A DNA stretch of 64,000 nucleotides from Candidatus Scatovivens sp. (GTDB lineage Bacteria > Bacillota > Clostridia > TANB77 > CAG-508), in contig JAZRKN010000015.1 of the NCBI GenBank assembly GCA_045646345.1, forward strand, positions 230,346 through 294,345, in the 5' to 3' direction. Shown here piece by piece: positions 1 to 9,742 of the stretch. Below the pieces are notes generated by a model. The model was not told the DNA's origin, made no database searches, and saw nothing but the letters and a program-made list of their open reading frames with translations. The translations under genes were made by a program, and so were the position numbers. How positions within the stretch are numbered: the stretch's first letter is position 1; each line of letters begins with the position of its first letter.

Positions 1-94
1 TTCTTTTCTTGTTCTCGTCAATACCTTCAGAATACATCATCATAGTACCTGCTGTAATTAAGCTGCCGATTACAACACCTTTCATAAAACTCAT
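1..94 (-). CDS. 5' part of a small YtxH-like / membrane-anchored hypothetical protein (runs off the window edge)
   Basis: Manual translation MSFMKGVVIGSLITAGTMMMYSEGIDENKKR...; ATG at 94 with purine-rich AGGCAGGA upstream. Confidence 0.55.
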   Translation of the reverse strand, partial: MSFMKGVVIGSLITAGTMMMYSEGIDENKKR

Positions 95-122
95 ATTTAT
101 TTTCCTGCCTTTCTTTATAATT

Positions 123-512
123 TCAATATTTATTATTATTCTCTTCTTTTCTTATTCTATACTGTTTTACTAAAGAATAAATTTCAAACGCTGCGATAAA
201 AAGTAAAAAAATCCCAAAATATTTTTTTAAACTTTTACTATCAAATTTAAATGATAACTTACTTCCAATTATTGCACCTATACATCCAAATATACTTATA
301 ATAAGTGCCATTTTATAATTAATCGTTTTATTTTTTATATTCATATATATTGCTGTAATAGAAGTTGGTATAAAAAATATTAAATTAGTCCCTTGAATTA
401 AATGTTGATCAAGGCTTGAAAATATCCCAAGTAATAAAATTAAAACTGTCCCACCACCCATTCCAAGCGCTGCAACAGTTCCTGATATTGTTCCAATTAA
501 AATTTCTTTCAT
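123..512 (-). CDS. TauE/SafE (TSUP) family transporter, half-size subunit
   Basis: GTVAALGMGGG motif, hydrophobic helices; paired with adjacent similar ORF. Confidence 0.85.
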   Translation of the reverse strand: MKEILIGTISGTVAALGMGGGTVLILLLGIFSSLDQHLIQGTNLIFFIPTSITAIYMNIKNKTINYKMALIISIFGCIGAIIGSKLSFKFDSKSLKKYFGIFLLFIAAFEIYSLVKQYRIRKEENNNKY

Positions 513-522
513 ATATTATCTC

Positions 523-903
523 CTAAATTAATATAATCATTTTTATTCCTGAATAAATCAAAAGTACAATAAAAATAATTTGTAAGATTTTTTTATCAAG
601 TGTTATAAGCAATTTAGAACCAAGTACTCCTCCTATTATCCCTCCTATAGATGCTTTAACAGCCACATACCAATCAATTGAATTCTCTCTATAATAAAAA
701 ATAGAACTTATTAAAACCATACAAAATATACAAAGAATAGTAGTCGCTCTTGCTTCAACTTCTTCTTTTTTCAAAACTAATGTTAAAAATGGAACTAGTA
801 TCATTCCTCCACCAGCGCCAAAAAATCCACTTACAATTCCTGCAGCGATTCCTGCAATTGCATATAAAAAAATACTCTTATTCATAAGAGTATTTTTTAA
901 CAA
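523..903 (-). CDS. TauE/SafE (TSUP) family transporter, half-size subunit
   Basis: GIVSGFFGAGGGMILVP motif, multi-TM. Confidence 0.85.
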   Translation of the reverse strand: MLKNTLMNKSIFLYAIAGIAAGIVSGFFGAGGGMILVPFLTLVLKKEEVEARATTILCIFCMVLISSIFYYRENSIDWYVAVKASIGGIIGGVLGSKLLITLDKKILQIIFIVLLIYSGIKMIILI

Positions 904-913
904 TTTTATTTTT

Positions 914-2155
914 TTATTCTATATTTTCATCTTTAATAAAGTATTTTGTACCTACCATTTTATCTGGAAGATATTGTTGTTCTACGTAGTGACCTGGATA
1001 ATCATGTGGATATTTATATCCTTCGTGATATCCAAATTGTTCCATCCCTTCAGCTGGTGCATTTCTAATATGCATTGGTATTGTTCCAGTATCTTTATTG
1101 GCTACATCTTCTAACGCCATATTTATTGCATTATATGATGCATTTGATTTTTTAGAGTTAGCAACATAAATGGCTGCTTCTGATAAAATAATTCTTGCTT
1201 CTGGCATTCCTACCATAGTTACAGCTTGCATTGCTGATGTTGCAAGTTGAAGTGCCATTGGATTTGCTAATCCTACATCTTCTGCTGCTGCAATTACAAT
1301 TCTTCTTGCTAAAAATACAGGATCTTCTCCTCCATTTAAAGCTCTTGCCAAATAAAATACTGTAGCATCAGGATCAGAACCTCTCATTGATTTTATAAAA
1401 GCACTTATATTATCGTAATGACTATCTCCTGATTTATCAAACATTGCTTTTCTTTTATTCATACTTTGACTTGCGATTTCATTTGTTATTTCTATAACAC
1501 CTTCAGCATTCATTTTGGTTGTAAGTACTGCAACTTCCAATCCATTTAATGCTGTTCTCACATCACCACCAGATACTTCTGCAATTGTTTTTAAAGTTTC
1601 ATCTGATACTTTGATATTAAACCCACCAAGTCCATCTTTATTTGTTAATGCATTTTTTAAAACTTTAAAAATATCATCTACTGTTAATGGTTCTAGTTTT
1701 ATTACCATTGATCTTGATATTAAAGCTTTATTAACTTCAAAATAAGGATTTTCTGTAGTAGCACCTATTAGTATTACTGTCCCATCTTCTACATATGGTA
1801 ATAAAGCATCTTGTTGAAGCTTATTAAATCTATGTATCTCATCTATAAAAAGTATACATTTTCCACTTGGATTTAAAAGTGGATTATCAGCTTCTTCTAT
1901 TGCTTTTTTAATATCACCAACACCTGAAGTTACCGCATTTAATTTTGTAAATTTATATTTTGTTGTTTCACTAATTACTTTAGCAAGTGATGTCTTCCCA
2001 CATCCTGGAGGTCCCCACAAAATTAAGCTAGATAATCTATCAGCTTTTATTGTTCTATATAGTAATTTATCTTTTCCAACAACATGTTCTTGACCAACAA
2101 ATTCTTCTAAAGATTTTGGTCTCATTCTATAAGCTAATGGCTTACTTAAGTCCAT
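914..2155 (-). CDS. rarA: Replication-associated recombination protein A (RarA/MgsA AAA+ ATPase)
   Basis: PLAYRMRP N-terminus, GPPGCGKT Walker A, FIDEIHRFNK, SAFIKSMRGSDPDA, YKYPHDYP. Confidence 0.97.
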   Translation of the reverse strand: MDLSKPLAYRMRPKSLEEFVGQEHVVGKDKLLYRTIKADRLSSLILWGPPGCGKTSLAKVISETTKYKFTKLNAVTSGVGDIKKAIEEADNPLLNPSGKCILFIDEIHRFNKLQQDALLPYVEDGTVILIGATTENPYFEVNKALISRSMVIKLEPLTVDDIFKVLKNALTNKDGLGGFNIKVSDETLKTIAEVSGGDVRTALNGLEVAVLTTKMNAEGVIEITNEIASQSMNKRKAMFDKSGDSHYDNISAFIKSMRGSDPDATVFYLARALNGGEDPVFLARRIVIAAAEDVGLANPMALQLATSAMQAVTMVGMPEARIILSEAAIYVANSKKSNASYNAINMALEDVANKDTGTIPMHIRNAPAEGMEQFGYHEGYKYPHDYPGHYVEQQYLPDKMVGTKYFIKDENIE

Positions 2156-2158
2156 ATA

Positions 2159-2824
2159 TTATTTACCTTTCTTTATGCTAAAATTTTTTAATATTTTTAT
2201 AAATATTGGTATTTCTACAAGAATAACTAGTATAACTTTTAATGCTACACTATAATCTCCTTTTTTAAGATGTGCAATAATTGATGAAAGTTCAATTGAT
2301 ATAATTGTCATAAACATTAATGAGAAGATTACTATTATAAATAAATTTGTTAAAGTAACTTCAATAGTTTCTGAACTATCTTCATCATCTTCTGTATCTT
2401 CATCTAATTCATTTTTTATAGGTTCTGAAAAATCTTCTTCAATTGGTTCTTTTTGCATTGTTTCTTCAAATTCTTCTTGCTTTAGTTTTTCTTCTGCTTC
2501 TTTTATCGCTTCTTCTGAAAGTGGTACATCTAATACTATTTTTTCATCTAAATCGACATAGTATCCTAATGTTCCATCTTGATCAAATAATTCAATTACT
2601 TTATCAACATCAATCATTTTTACGAACACACTTAAAATAAATTCATGTGAGACATATCTTCCTCTTTCACTAATTCTAGGTGTCTCTTCTAATAAAATCA
2701 AATAATCAATTGAATTTTCTTTTAATATATCATCAACAATACTTCTTTCTCTTTCAATTGCTTCGTAATCATTTCCTAACTCTAAAGTTGATTCTAATAT
2801 TATTCTTTGGTAGGCTACACTCAT
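2159..2824 (-). CDS. Hypothetical membrane protein (small N-terminal alpha/beta domain, acidic linker, two C-terminal TM helices)
   Basis: ORF track; similar architecture and local similarity to 2880..3473. Confidence 0.7.
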   Translation of the reverse strand: MSVAYQRIILESTLELGNDYEAIERERSIVDDILKENSIDYLILLEETPRISERGRYVSHEFILSVFVKMIDVDKVIELFDQDGTLGYYVDLDEKIVLDVPLSEEAIKEAEEKLKQEEFEETMQKEPIEEDFSEPIKNELDEDTEDDEDSSETIEVTLTNLFIIVIFSLMFMTIISIELSSIIAHLKKGDYSVALKVILVILVEIPIFIKILKNFSIKKGK

Positions 2825-2879
2825 ACATTTTCCCTTCTTATCTATAATGATAAGTCTTTCTTATTTATTACATTTAATT

Positions 2880-3473
2880 TTATAAATGATTATCTTTTTT
2901 CTTAAAAAATTTAAAGAAAAATTTATAAACTGGAATTTGTAATATCAAAAATGCAATTATTCCTAATACATATTGATAACATCTAATTGTATAACAATAA
3001 TACGCAAGACATATTGCACAAACATCTATCGAACCAAAAATAAGTGAAAATCCAATTCTAACTGAAGTATCTGCTTTTTCTATTTGTTCTTCTGTTAGTT
3101 CATTTGGAACTTCTTCTGCTGCTTCCTCATCTTCAACAATTTCGTCTTCATCATAATCAATATCATTTGACTCGATAGCTGCCCATTTTTCTTTATTATT
3201 TAAAAAATATCCTATTTTATTTTCATCTAACAGTTTTACAACATAATTTAAATCTATCTTTTTTACAATTAAATAAAGAGTATAACCATTATTATATGTA
3301 TTTTCAAAAAAGCTATTTTCTTGATTTTCTACTACTTCTAAAGCATAATCAATCAATTTGTCTTTCATAATAGATTCAACAGCTTCTTTTTCTTTATGAA
3401 ATTTACTATCTAAATCTGATATATCATTAGAAAATTGAAGTTCTATTTTTTGATATATATCGTCCATATTCAT
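2880..3473 (-). CDS. Hypothetical membrane protein, paralog of 2159..2824
   Basis: ORF track; IDY...YLIVKKIDLNYVVKLLD resembles IDY...SVFVKMIDVDKVIELFD. Confidence 0.7.
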   Translation of the reverse strand: MNMDDIYQKIELQFSNDISDLDSKFHKEKEAVESIMKDKLIDYALEVVENQENSFFENTYNNGYTLYLIVKKIDLNYVVKLLDENKIGYFLNNKEKWAAIESNDIDYDEDEIVEDEEAAEEVPNELTEEQIEKADTSVRIGFSLIFGSIDVCAICLAYYCYTIRCYQYVLGIIAFLILQIPVYKFFFKFFKKKDNHL

Positions 3474-3483
3474 ACCTTTTATT

Positions 3484-4086
3484 TTATCTTGCTAAAATTG
3501 ATAAACCTTTCTTAATTAATTCTTCAACAGAAACATCTGTATTGGCAATTTTCTCGAAAGCTTTTTCTATTTCTTTTTTGTTGTATCCTAATATTTGAAG
3601 AGCTTGCATTGCTTCTTCTACATTTTCACTATTATTAATTACTTTTATTTCTTCTTGAGCATCTTGTTTTGCAAGTTCTTGTTCTGATTTTAATTTATCT
3701 TGAAGTTCTAAAATAATTCTTTGAGCAGTTTTTGGTCCTATTCCTGGAATCTTTTTAAGAAGTGCAACATTATTTGAAATAATTGCACAAGCAAATCCAG
3801 CTGGAGTAATATTAGAAAGCATACTAATTGCAGATTTTGCTCCTATTCCACTTACTGATAATAAAAGCTCAAACATTTTTAATTCTTCATGTGTTAAGAA
3901 TCCATATAAACTAATATTATCTTCTCTTACATAATAATGTGTATGAACCTTAACTTTATTTCCTAATTCTCCTATTTCATTTATAGAAATATTAGACATA
4001 AATATTTTATAACCAATTCCACCAACATCAATTACAACATAGTTAGTAGATTTTTCTTCTAAAGTACCTTTAATATACGCAAACAT
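3484..4086 (-). CDS. ruvA: Holliday junction branch migration protein RuvA
   Basis: MFAYIKG...DVGGIGY, VREDNISLYGF, VSGIGAKSA, IPGIGPKTAQRIILEL. Confidence 0.98.
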   Translation of the reverse strand: MFAYIKGTLEEKSTNYVVIDVGGIGYKIFMSNISINEIGELGNKVKVHTHYYVREDNISLYGFLTHEELKMFELLLSVSGIGAKSAISMLSNITPAGFACAIISNNVALLKKIPGIGPKTAQRIILELQDKLKSEQELAKQDAQEEIKVINNSENVEEAMQALQILGYNKKEIEKAFEKIANTDVSVEELIKKGLSILAR

Positions 4087-4245
4087 ACATAATCTCCTTC
4101 GTTTAATACAAACATCTTTTTGCTACATTCTATCACATATATATAAATTTTCAAGCAGTTTTATAAAAAATATTAATTAATTATTTTCCTAAAAAAACTA
4201 AAAAGCCACCGAATTTAATCAGTGGCCTTTAGCTTATTTTGATAT

Positions 4246-4692
4246 TTACTTTTTCTTTACAATTTTCACATAGGTATCAAAGAAATTCACCTTTACATCC
4301 CAGTATTCATCCTGGAAAAACCACACTCTGATTTCATGCTGTTCATAATGAAGTTCAAAGGAATCTCCTTTACCAGATTCACTCATCCATGCACCATTAG
4401 GATTTTTCATAAAACAGTTTCCGCCAATAATACGGTACTTGGCGTTTTCATACATTTTCACATCATTAAAAACGCGAATAATGCAATTGGCCTGAGACGG
4501 TTTTACGAATTTCACTTCATAACCAAGCTCTTCAATCTGCTCAATCAACTTTTTTCTGAGTTGGTCCCATCTCAAATCCATAAAAACTCTTTTAGACTTC
4601 CTGTTTGCAGGATTTCCGTCTTTATCCAGTAAGTAAAAATCCCAGAGTTTCATTTCCCGAATTCTGGCTTTTTGCTCCTTTGTAAATATCAT
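4246..4692 (-). CDS. Hypothetical protein (orphan family, paralog of 4768..5253)
   Basis: ATG at 4692 after GGGGGAG RBS; ANCIIRVF / FFDTYVKI motifs shared with neighbour. Confidence 0.7.
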   Translation of the reverse strand: MIFTKEQKARIREMKLWDFYLLDKDGNPANRKSKRVFMDLRWDQLRKKLIEQIEELGYEVKFVKPSQANCIIRVFNDVKMYENAKYRIIGGNCFMKNPNGAWMSESGKGDSFELHYEQHEIRVWFFQDEYWDVKVNFFDTYVKIVKKK

Positions 4693-4767
4693 TTTGCTCC
4701 CCCCATTGAAGTTTTTGATTCGCAAAAGGCGATTTTGACATTTGTCTCTATCGCCTTTTACTTTGGT

Positions 4768-5253
4768 TTACTTGTGATGATCCACTTTGAGATACACATC
4801 AAAGTAATTTGCCGCCACAGGATTTTCGTAGACAGTCAGCAAAGACGTCCAGTACGTAACCATGTAGTGTTTACCATGAGTGATCTCAACAAATTCGCCA
4901 TCTTTGTTGATTCTCGTCCATCTGCCCATAAAGTCCTTTACAAAACATACAGCTCCGCAAAGTCCTCCCTGAACATCGTTGATTTTGAGTTCTTTTCGAT
5001 AGATGCGAATTACGCAGTTTGCAGCTTCCGGAGATACTATGTAGTGAGAAAATCCAGAATCAGTTAGTTTGTCTAACATCTCCTTTTTCATCTCATCATA
5101 GGTCGGAATCGGCATTCTAGCATTTGCTTTGTAAGTATCCTCAAAATCTATTCTGGCTTCAATATTTCCAGATTGGACATACCAGTTAGTAGTATACTTA
5201 CAAAAAACTGTTTCCATGCGTCTCAGTGTATTACATAATTGCCTGTTTAACAT
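4768..5253 (-). CDS. Hypothetical protein (orphan family, paralog of 4246..4692)
   Basis: ATG at 5253 after GAGGTG RBS; ANCVIRIY / YFDVYLKV motifs. Confidence 0.7.
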   Translation of the reverse strand: MLNRQLCNTLRRMETVFCKYTTNWYVQSGNIEARIDFEDTYKANARMPIPTYDEMKKEMLDKLTDSGFSHYIVSPEAANCVIRIYRKELKINDVQGGLCGAVCFVKDFMGRWTRINKDGEFVEITHGKHYMVTYWTSLLTVYENPVAANYFDVYLKVDHHK

Positions 5254-5395
5254 CACCATCACCTCTTGTAAATTTACAAATATGCGATTACTCGCACGAC
5301 ACTTGAGTTGCCTAACCATTTTAGCACAGTATTTACATAATATCAACAATTCTCATAAAATACTTTAATTTTTTCAATATTTTTCAAGAAAATGC

Positions 5396-5424
5396 TTGAC
5401 TTTTAAGGCTATTTGTATTAAAAT
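5396..5424 (+). promoter_or_regulatory. sigma-A promoter of rplM-rpsI
   Basis: TTGACT-17 bp-TAAAAT. Confidence 0.7.
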
Positions 5425-5439
5425 AACTAAGCATTATAT

Positions 5440-5505
5440 GTAAAAGTACGTGATTTTGAACTGACTTCTCCCCGGTAGTCTGGAAAATGAAGGTATTTTT
5501 ATATA
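5440..5505 (+). promoter_or_regulatory. Putative L13 leader (ribosomal protein autoregulatory RNA)
   Basis: Located between promoter and rplM; contains the CCCCGG element typical of Firmicute L13 leaders. Confidence 0.5.
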
Positions 5506-5551
5506 GAATCGGAAAATAAAATTAAAAATTGAAATGGAGGGTATTAGTACC

Positions 5552-5989
5552 ATGAATAATACTACATATAGCCCAAAAGCTGGGGAAATTGAAAGAAAAT
5601 GGTATGTAATCGATGCAACAGATAAATCTTTAGGTAGAGTAGCTACTGAAGTTGCAAGACTTTTAAGAGGAAAACACAAACCAACATTCACACCAAACCA
5701 AGATGTTGGAGATCATGTAATAGTAATAAATTGTAAAGACGCTGTTTTAACAGGACACAAATTAGATCAAAAAATGTATAGACATCACTCAGGATTCATT
5801 GGAGGAATGAAAGAAACTCCAGCTAGAGTAATGATGGAAAAATCTCCTGAAAAAGCTATGTATTTAGCTGTTAAAGGTATGCTTCCTCATACAAAATTAG
5901 GAAGACAAATGATTAAAAAATTAAGAGTATATGCAGGTTCTGAACATGACAATGCAGCTCAAAAACCTGAAGTTTGGGAGGTTAAATAA
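5552..5989 (+). CDS. rplM: 50S ribosomal protein L13
   Basis: [36 protein letters not shown]; ATG at 5552 after GGAGG. Confidence 0.99.
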   Translation: MNNTTYSPKAGEIERKWYVIDATDKSLGRVATEVARLLRGKHKPTFTPNQDVGDHVIVINCKDAVLTGHKLDQKMYRHHSGFIGGMKETPARVMMEKSPEKAMYLAVKGMLPHTKLGRQMIKKLRVYAGSEHDNAAQKPEVWEVK

Positions 5990-5991
5990 TT

Positions 5992-6396
5992 ATGGCAAAG
6001 AAAACTGAAAATATAGTATTCCAAGGAACTGGAAGAAGAAAAGAATCAATCGCAAGAGTAAGATTAATGGCTGGTAAAGGTGAAGTTACAGTTAATGGTA
6101 AAAAATTAGACGAATATTTCGGATCTGATATATTAAAAGTTATCGTTAACCAACCTTTCGCTGTTACAAATACAGTTGCTAAATATGATGTTGTAGTTAA
6201 AGTTGTTGGTGGAGGTTTAACAGGACAAGCTGGTGCTATCAGACATGGTATCGCTAGAGCATTAAACGAAGCTAACTCAGAATTCAGACCAGCTTTAAAA
6301 GCTGCTGGATTATTAACTAGAGATCCAAGAATGAAAGAAAGAAAAAAATACGGAATGAAAAAAGCTAGAAAAGCTCCACAATTCTCAAAAAGATAA
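5992..6396 (+). CDS. rpsI: 30S ribosomal protein S9
   Basis: [21 protein letters not shown]-terminal APQFSKR. Confidence 0.99.
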   Translation: MAKKTENIVFQGTGRRKESIARVRLMAGKGEVTVNGKKLDEYFGSDILKVIVNQPFAVTNTVAKYDVVVKVVGGGLTGQAGAIRHGIARALNEANSEFRPALKAAGLLTRDPRMKERKKYGMKKARKAPQFSKR

Positions 6397-6417
6397 TCTT
6401 TCAAAAATATACAAAAT

Positions 6418-6447
6418 CAAAGGAAGTATTTATATACTTCCTTTTTT
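6418..6447 (+). terminator. Intrinsic terminator after rpsI
   Basis: AAGGAAGTAT-loop-ATACTTCCTT followed by T tract. Confidence 0.85.
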
Positions 6448-6528
6448 GTTTTCTTATTTATTTCCCCTATTTATAAAATGCAAAAAGCACTCGCCGATGC
6501 GAGCGCCTCTCCTGTCAAAGAAATTTTT

Positions 6529-6915
6529 TTAGTCAACCAGTTTAAGAATTCTTGCAAGTCTTGTTAAAAAACTCTTTTTCTTTGCACGAGCATTTTCTTT
6601 TTCTTGCTCGTTAATTGAATCTAAGTCTTCAAGTGCCACTTCCATTAAGTCATAATCGTCGATAATTTCCATCAGAGCAGCTGGACTCTCAAAGAATATA
6701 CATTTTGCCTTTGCCTTTTTGTTTTCTTTTTCGTCCTTGTCAGCAATTTCTAGATACTTCCACTCACCGACTTCCTTATCATGTTTTGCATATATGTAAC
6801 CATATTTCATGCTACTAATGCAATCCATTTCTCTCCTTGCAATGTTTCTTAACAGTCTTCTGCTTTCTTTACTTTTCAATACTTCAGTGCTTACGCCAAA
6901 TACCATTTCTCCCAT
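6529..6915 (-). CDS. Hypothetical protein
   Basis: ORF track; probable ATG at 6915 after AGAGG; hairpin downstream at ~6485-6510. Confidence 0.65.
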   Translation of the reverse strand: MGEMVFGVSTEVLKSKESRRLLRNIARREMDCISSMKYGYIYAKHDKEVGEWKYLEIADKDEKENKKAKAKCIFFESPAALMEIIDDYDLMEVALEDLDSINEQEKENARAKKKSFLTRLARILKLVD

Positions 6916-7103
6916 GCTGTTTTTCCTCTTATTTTCTATCTTTGACAAAAATCTGTTAATACACTTTGTACTTATACAGATTTAACACACTAGTTACAAT
7001 TATTATTATACAACATTTTCCTTTAAATTTCAATGCTTTCAGTTAAATGTTTACATAATTTTCTGTTTAGTATTTATCATAAGCTTGTTTTAATTAATAA
7101 AAC

Positions 7104-7135
7104 AAAAACCGAATTGAGCTTTCAATTCGGCTTTT
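7104..7135 (-). terminator. Intrinsic terminator after the fibro-slime gene
   Basis: CCGAATTGA-loop-TCAATTCGG flanked by A/T tracts. Confidence 0.75.
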
Positions 7136-7150
7136 ATCTTTTATTTACTT

Positions 7151-9721
7151 TTAACCAATTCTTGGTTTATTTCTTTTTGTAGATTCTTTTACATTAATTT
7201 TTGAAATTGAAGGAGTTCTTCTCTTTCTTATAACATTTATTAATCTGTATCTATATACTAAAACTAATAATACAGATGCTATTGTTATAGTTTTAATTAA
7301 GTTTGCTCTATAATCTGTATCTCCTGTTTTTGGAGTATTATAGTTTGGATTAGTTCCTGGTTGAGGTGCAGGTTGTGCTGCTCCTTGACCATTTCCAGAT
7401 GGTGCTACGTAATTTCCAACTTGTTTGAATTCAGACTCTATTGTTTCATCTTCTTCAATAACACCTTCTGTTTTAATTTTTGTAATTTCATCTTCTGTAC
7501 TTTCATCAATTTCATATATTTTATAATTTAAGTTTACTGGTAAGGAACTAATTTCTATACTTTCACCTTTTTTTAATGTAAAGTTTGCAGAACCATTTCT
7601 GAACATTAAAGCACCATATCTACCTGTTAAATCTGAATTTTCAAATTCAATTGTAAATTTGTATTCTTTGTCTGCTGGATCAGCTGATGTTATAACTGTT
7701 TTCTTAACAATTAATGATCCACTTTTTTCTTTTCTGTTTTCAATTTTTATTGAGTTAATATTTGTTACAGTTTCTGTTAAATCTACTCTTTTATAAGTAT
7801 TTAATCCTCCAGCCCAATTAGCATTTGTTGTTGCTTCTGGAGTACCTTGTTGTCCCATAAATATCCAATATAAACTACTTTCACCGTTATCAAAATATAC
7901 AGTACACATTAATTTTCCTGAGTTATAATCAAACCAAAATGTAGTATTATAGTATCTGTCTGTACCTTCATCTTTATATTTATCAGGGCTATCAACCATT
8001 GTCAATCTAAAATTATCTGGATTATTATCTGATGTTCCTGTTAGAGCTAAATATTTTCCATTATTTTCAAATTGCCATTGAAATTCATTTCCGTTATTAT
8101 GAGCTGTCCACACTTGACTATCTAAAGGATTTGATTCATAAATTGTATTTCCATTAGCATCTTGAGTATATGTATCTATTATATCTAAACCACTTGCTGT
8201 AAATAAACTTCCTGTTGTTTGTTCATAATGAGAAAATCCTTTCCAAACATTATCGTTAGCCCAGTCAAAACCTGTAATTAAATATTTTTCTCCATCTTCA
8301 AAGTTTGTTGAATCAATCCAATAGCTATCTTCTATTACTTCTTCTTCTCTACCTATTTCGTAGTAAGGTACATATCCAGGAATTTCTTTTTGTTGAATTG
8401 TATAATCAATGAATATTGCTTCACCATTTTCATCAACTATAAATCTTGGAATATCTGTAAATGTTCCTTTCCAATTATTGTCTTTATTTAAAACTAAAAC
8501 TTTATCTTCAACTAATTCATTATTTGAAAATAGTTTAACTTCAACATTATCACTTGCATGATCTAATTGATCAATGTCACTCCATGTAACTTCAACTGGT
8601 ATATCTACTTTTCCTTCATCTACAACATCAAACACATTTGTTTTGATTGATGCATTTGAATAGCATCCACCTCTTTCAATGTAGTAGAATTTTAATGTAT
8701 GTTTTGAATATTCTGTTTTATCAAATGTTTTTCCTGCTTTAGCAAAAATTTCATCTATTGTAGTTGTCTTTCCATATATTTCTGATTCATGACCTTCTAC
8801 AGCTGTTACATCAGTTGTTACTGAAACTTCTCCAGTAGTTAAGTTAATTGTACCACCTAATACATGGTGAATACCACCTAAGTCTAATACAAGAACATCA
8901 TCTATGTAAATAAATGCATCATCATCTCCAGTAAAATTAAAAATTATATCTTTTCCATCTACTTTTCCGCCTTCAGCATAGAAGAAATTTGATTCAACTG
9001 TTAATGCGAAGTGGTGATTATATCCTTCATAATTCATATTCTCTAAAAATTCTGTTGGTCCCATATCTGTTTTACTTGGGTTATATTGATCAAATGGGAA
9101 GAATCCAGCTTTTGTTTTATTTCCTGAATTATTTAATGCCCACATATTTTTCACTTCATATACATCATATGTGTCATTGTATACAACAAAGTCTCCACCA
9201 TTTCCTTGGTTTACATCATAATATGCATAGTTTTTTGTACAGTCATATATATAATATCCATCTTCTTTTTTAAATAAATTGTTTAAATCTTTATAAACTT
9301 TTTTGGCACCTTCTATATCATTATCATCAAATAATGCTTTTAAGCTATTTCCATTTACAGAAACCGGATATCCATCTGCACCTATAATATTTTTATAAAT
9401 ACCTTGTCTTGCAATTGCATCTCCTGTATATGTATTTTCATCTCCTATTAACGAAGGAGATCCACCTTGTCCAAAGAAATATAAATCAGTATATTGATTT
9501 ATTCCTACTGTTGAATGATTATTTGGAAAATTGTTTGGACTATCTTCTGTTTCATAATCTATTAAATTAATTTTAACACCTGTTGATTTCGTATCTTCAG
9601 TTTTTATTGTTTTAGGAATGTCTGCTGCGGCTGCATTTGACTTTTGCATTGGTAATCCAATCAATAATCCAACACTAATTAAAATAAATAAAACAGTAAT
9701 AAGTTTTAATTTTTTTGACAT
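7151..9721 (-). CDS. Sortase-anchored surface protein with fibro-slime (PA14-like) domain, CnaB-like repeat and pilin-like Ig domain
   Basis: Signal peptide; FNFTGDDDAFIYIDDVLVLDLGGIH and FYYIERG (fibro-slime); LNKDNNWKGTF (CnaB); TPKTGD + hydrophobic + basic tail. Confidence 0.85.
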   Translation of the reverse strand: MSKKLKLITVLFILISVGLLIGLPMQKSNAAAADIPKTIKTEDTKSTGVKINLIDYETEDSPNNFPNNHSTVGINQYTDLYFFGQGGSPSLIGDENTYTGDAIARQGIYKNIIGADGYPVSVNGNSLKALFDDNDIEGAKKVYKDLNNLFKKEDGYYIYDCTKNYAYYDVNQGNGGDFVVYNDTYDVYEVKNMWALNNSGNKTKAGFFPFDQYNPSKTDMGPTEFLENMNYEGYNHHFALTVESNFFYAEGGKVDGKDIIFNFTGDDDAFIYIDDVLVLDLGGIHHVLGGTINLTTGEVSVTTDVTAVEGHESEIYGKTTTIDEIFAKAGKTFDKTEYSKHTLKFYYIERGGCYSNASIKTNVFDVVDEGKVDIPVEVTWSDIDQLDHASDNVEVKLFSNNELVEDKVLVLNKDNNWKGTFTDIPRFIVDENGEAIFIDYTIQQKEIPGYVPYYEIGREEEVIEDSYWIDSTNFEDGEKYLITGFDWANDNVWKGFSHYEQTTGSLFTASGLDIIDTYTQDANGNTIYESNPLDSQVWTAHNNGNEFQWQFENNGKYLALTGTSDNNPDNFRLTMVDSPDKYKDEGTDRYYNTTFWFDYNSGKLMCTVYFDNGESSLYWIFMGQQGTPEATTNANWAGGLNTYKRVDLTETVTNINSIKIENRKEKSGSLIVKKTVITSADPADKEYKFTIEFENSDLTGRYGALMFRNGSANFTLKKGESIEISSLPVNLNYKIYEIDESTEDEITKIKTEGVIEEDETIESEFKQVGNYVAPSGNGQGAAQPAPQPGTNPNYNTPKTGDTDYRANLIKTITIASVLLVLVYRYRLINVIRKRRTPSISKINVKESTKRNKPRIG

Positions 9722-9742
9722 TTTTTCTACCTCTTTCGTATA

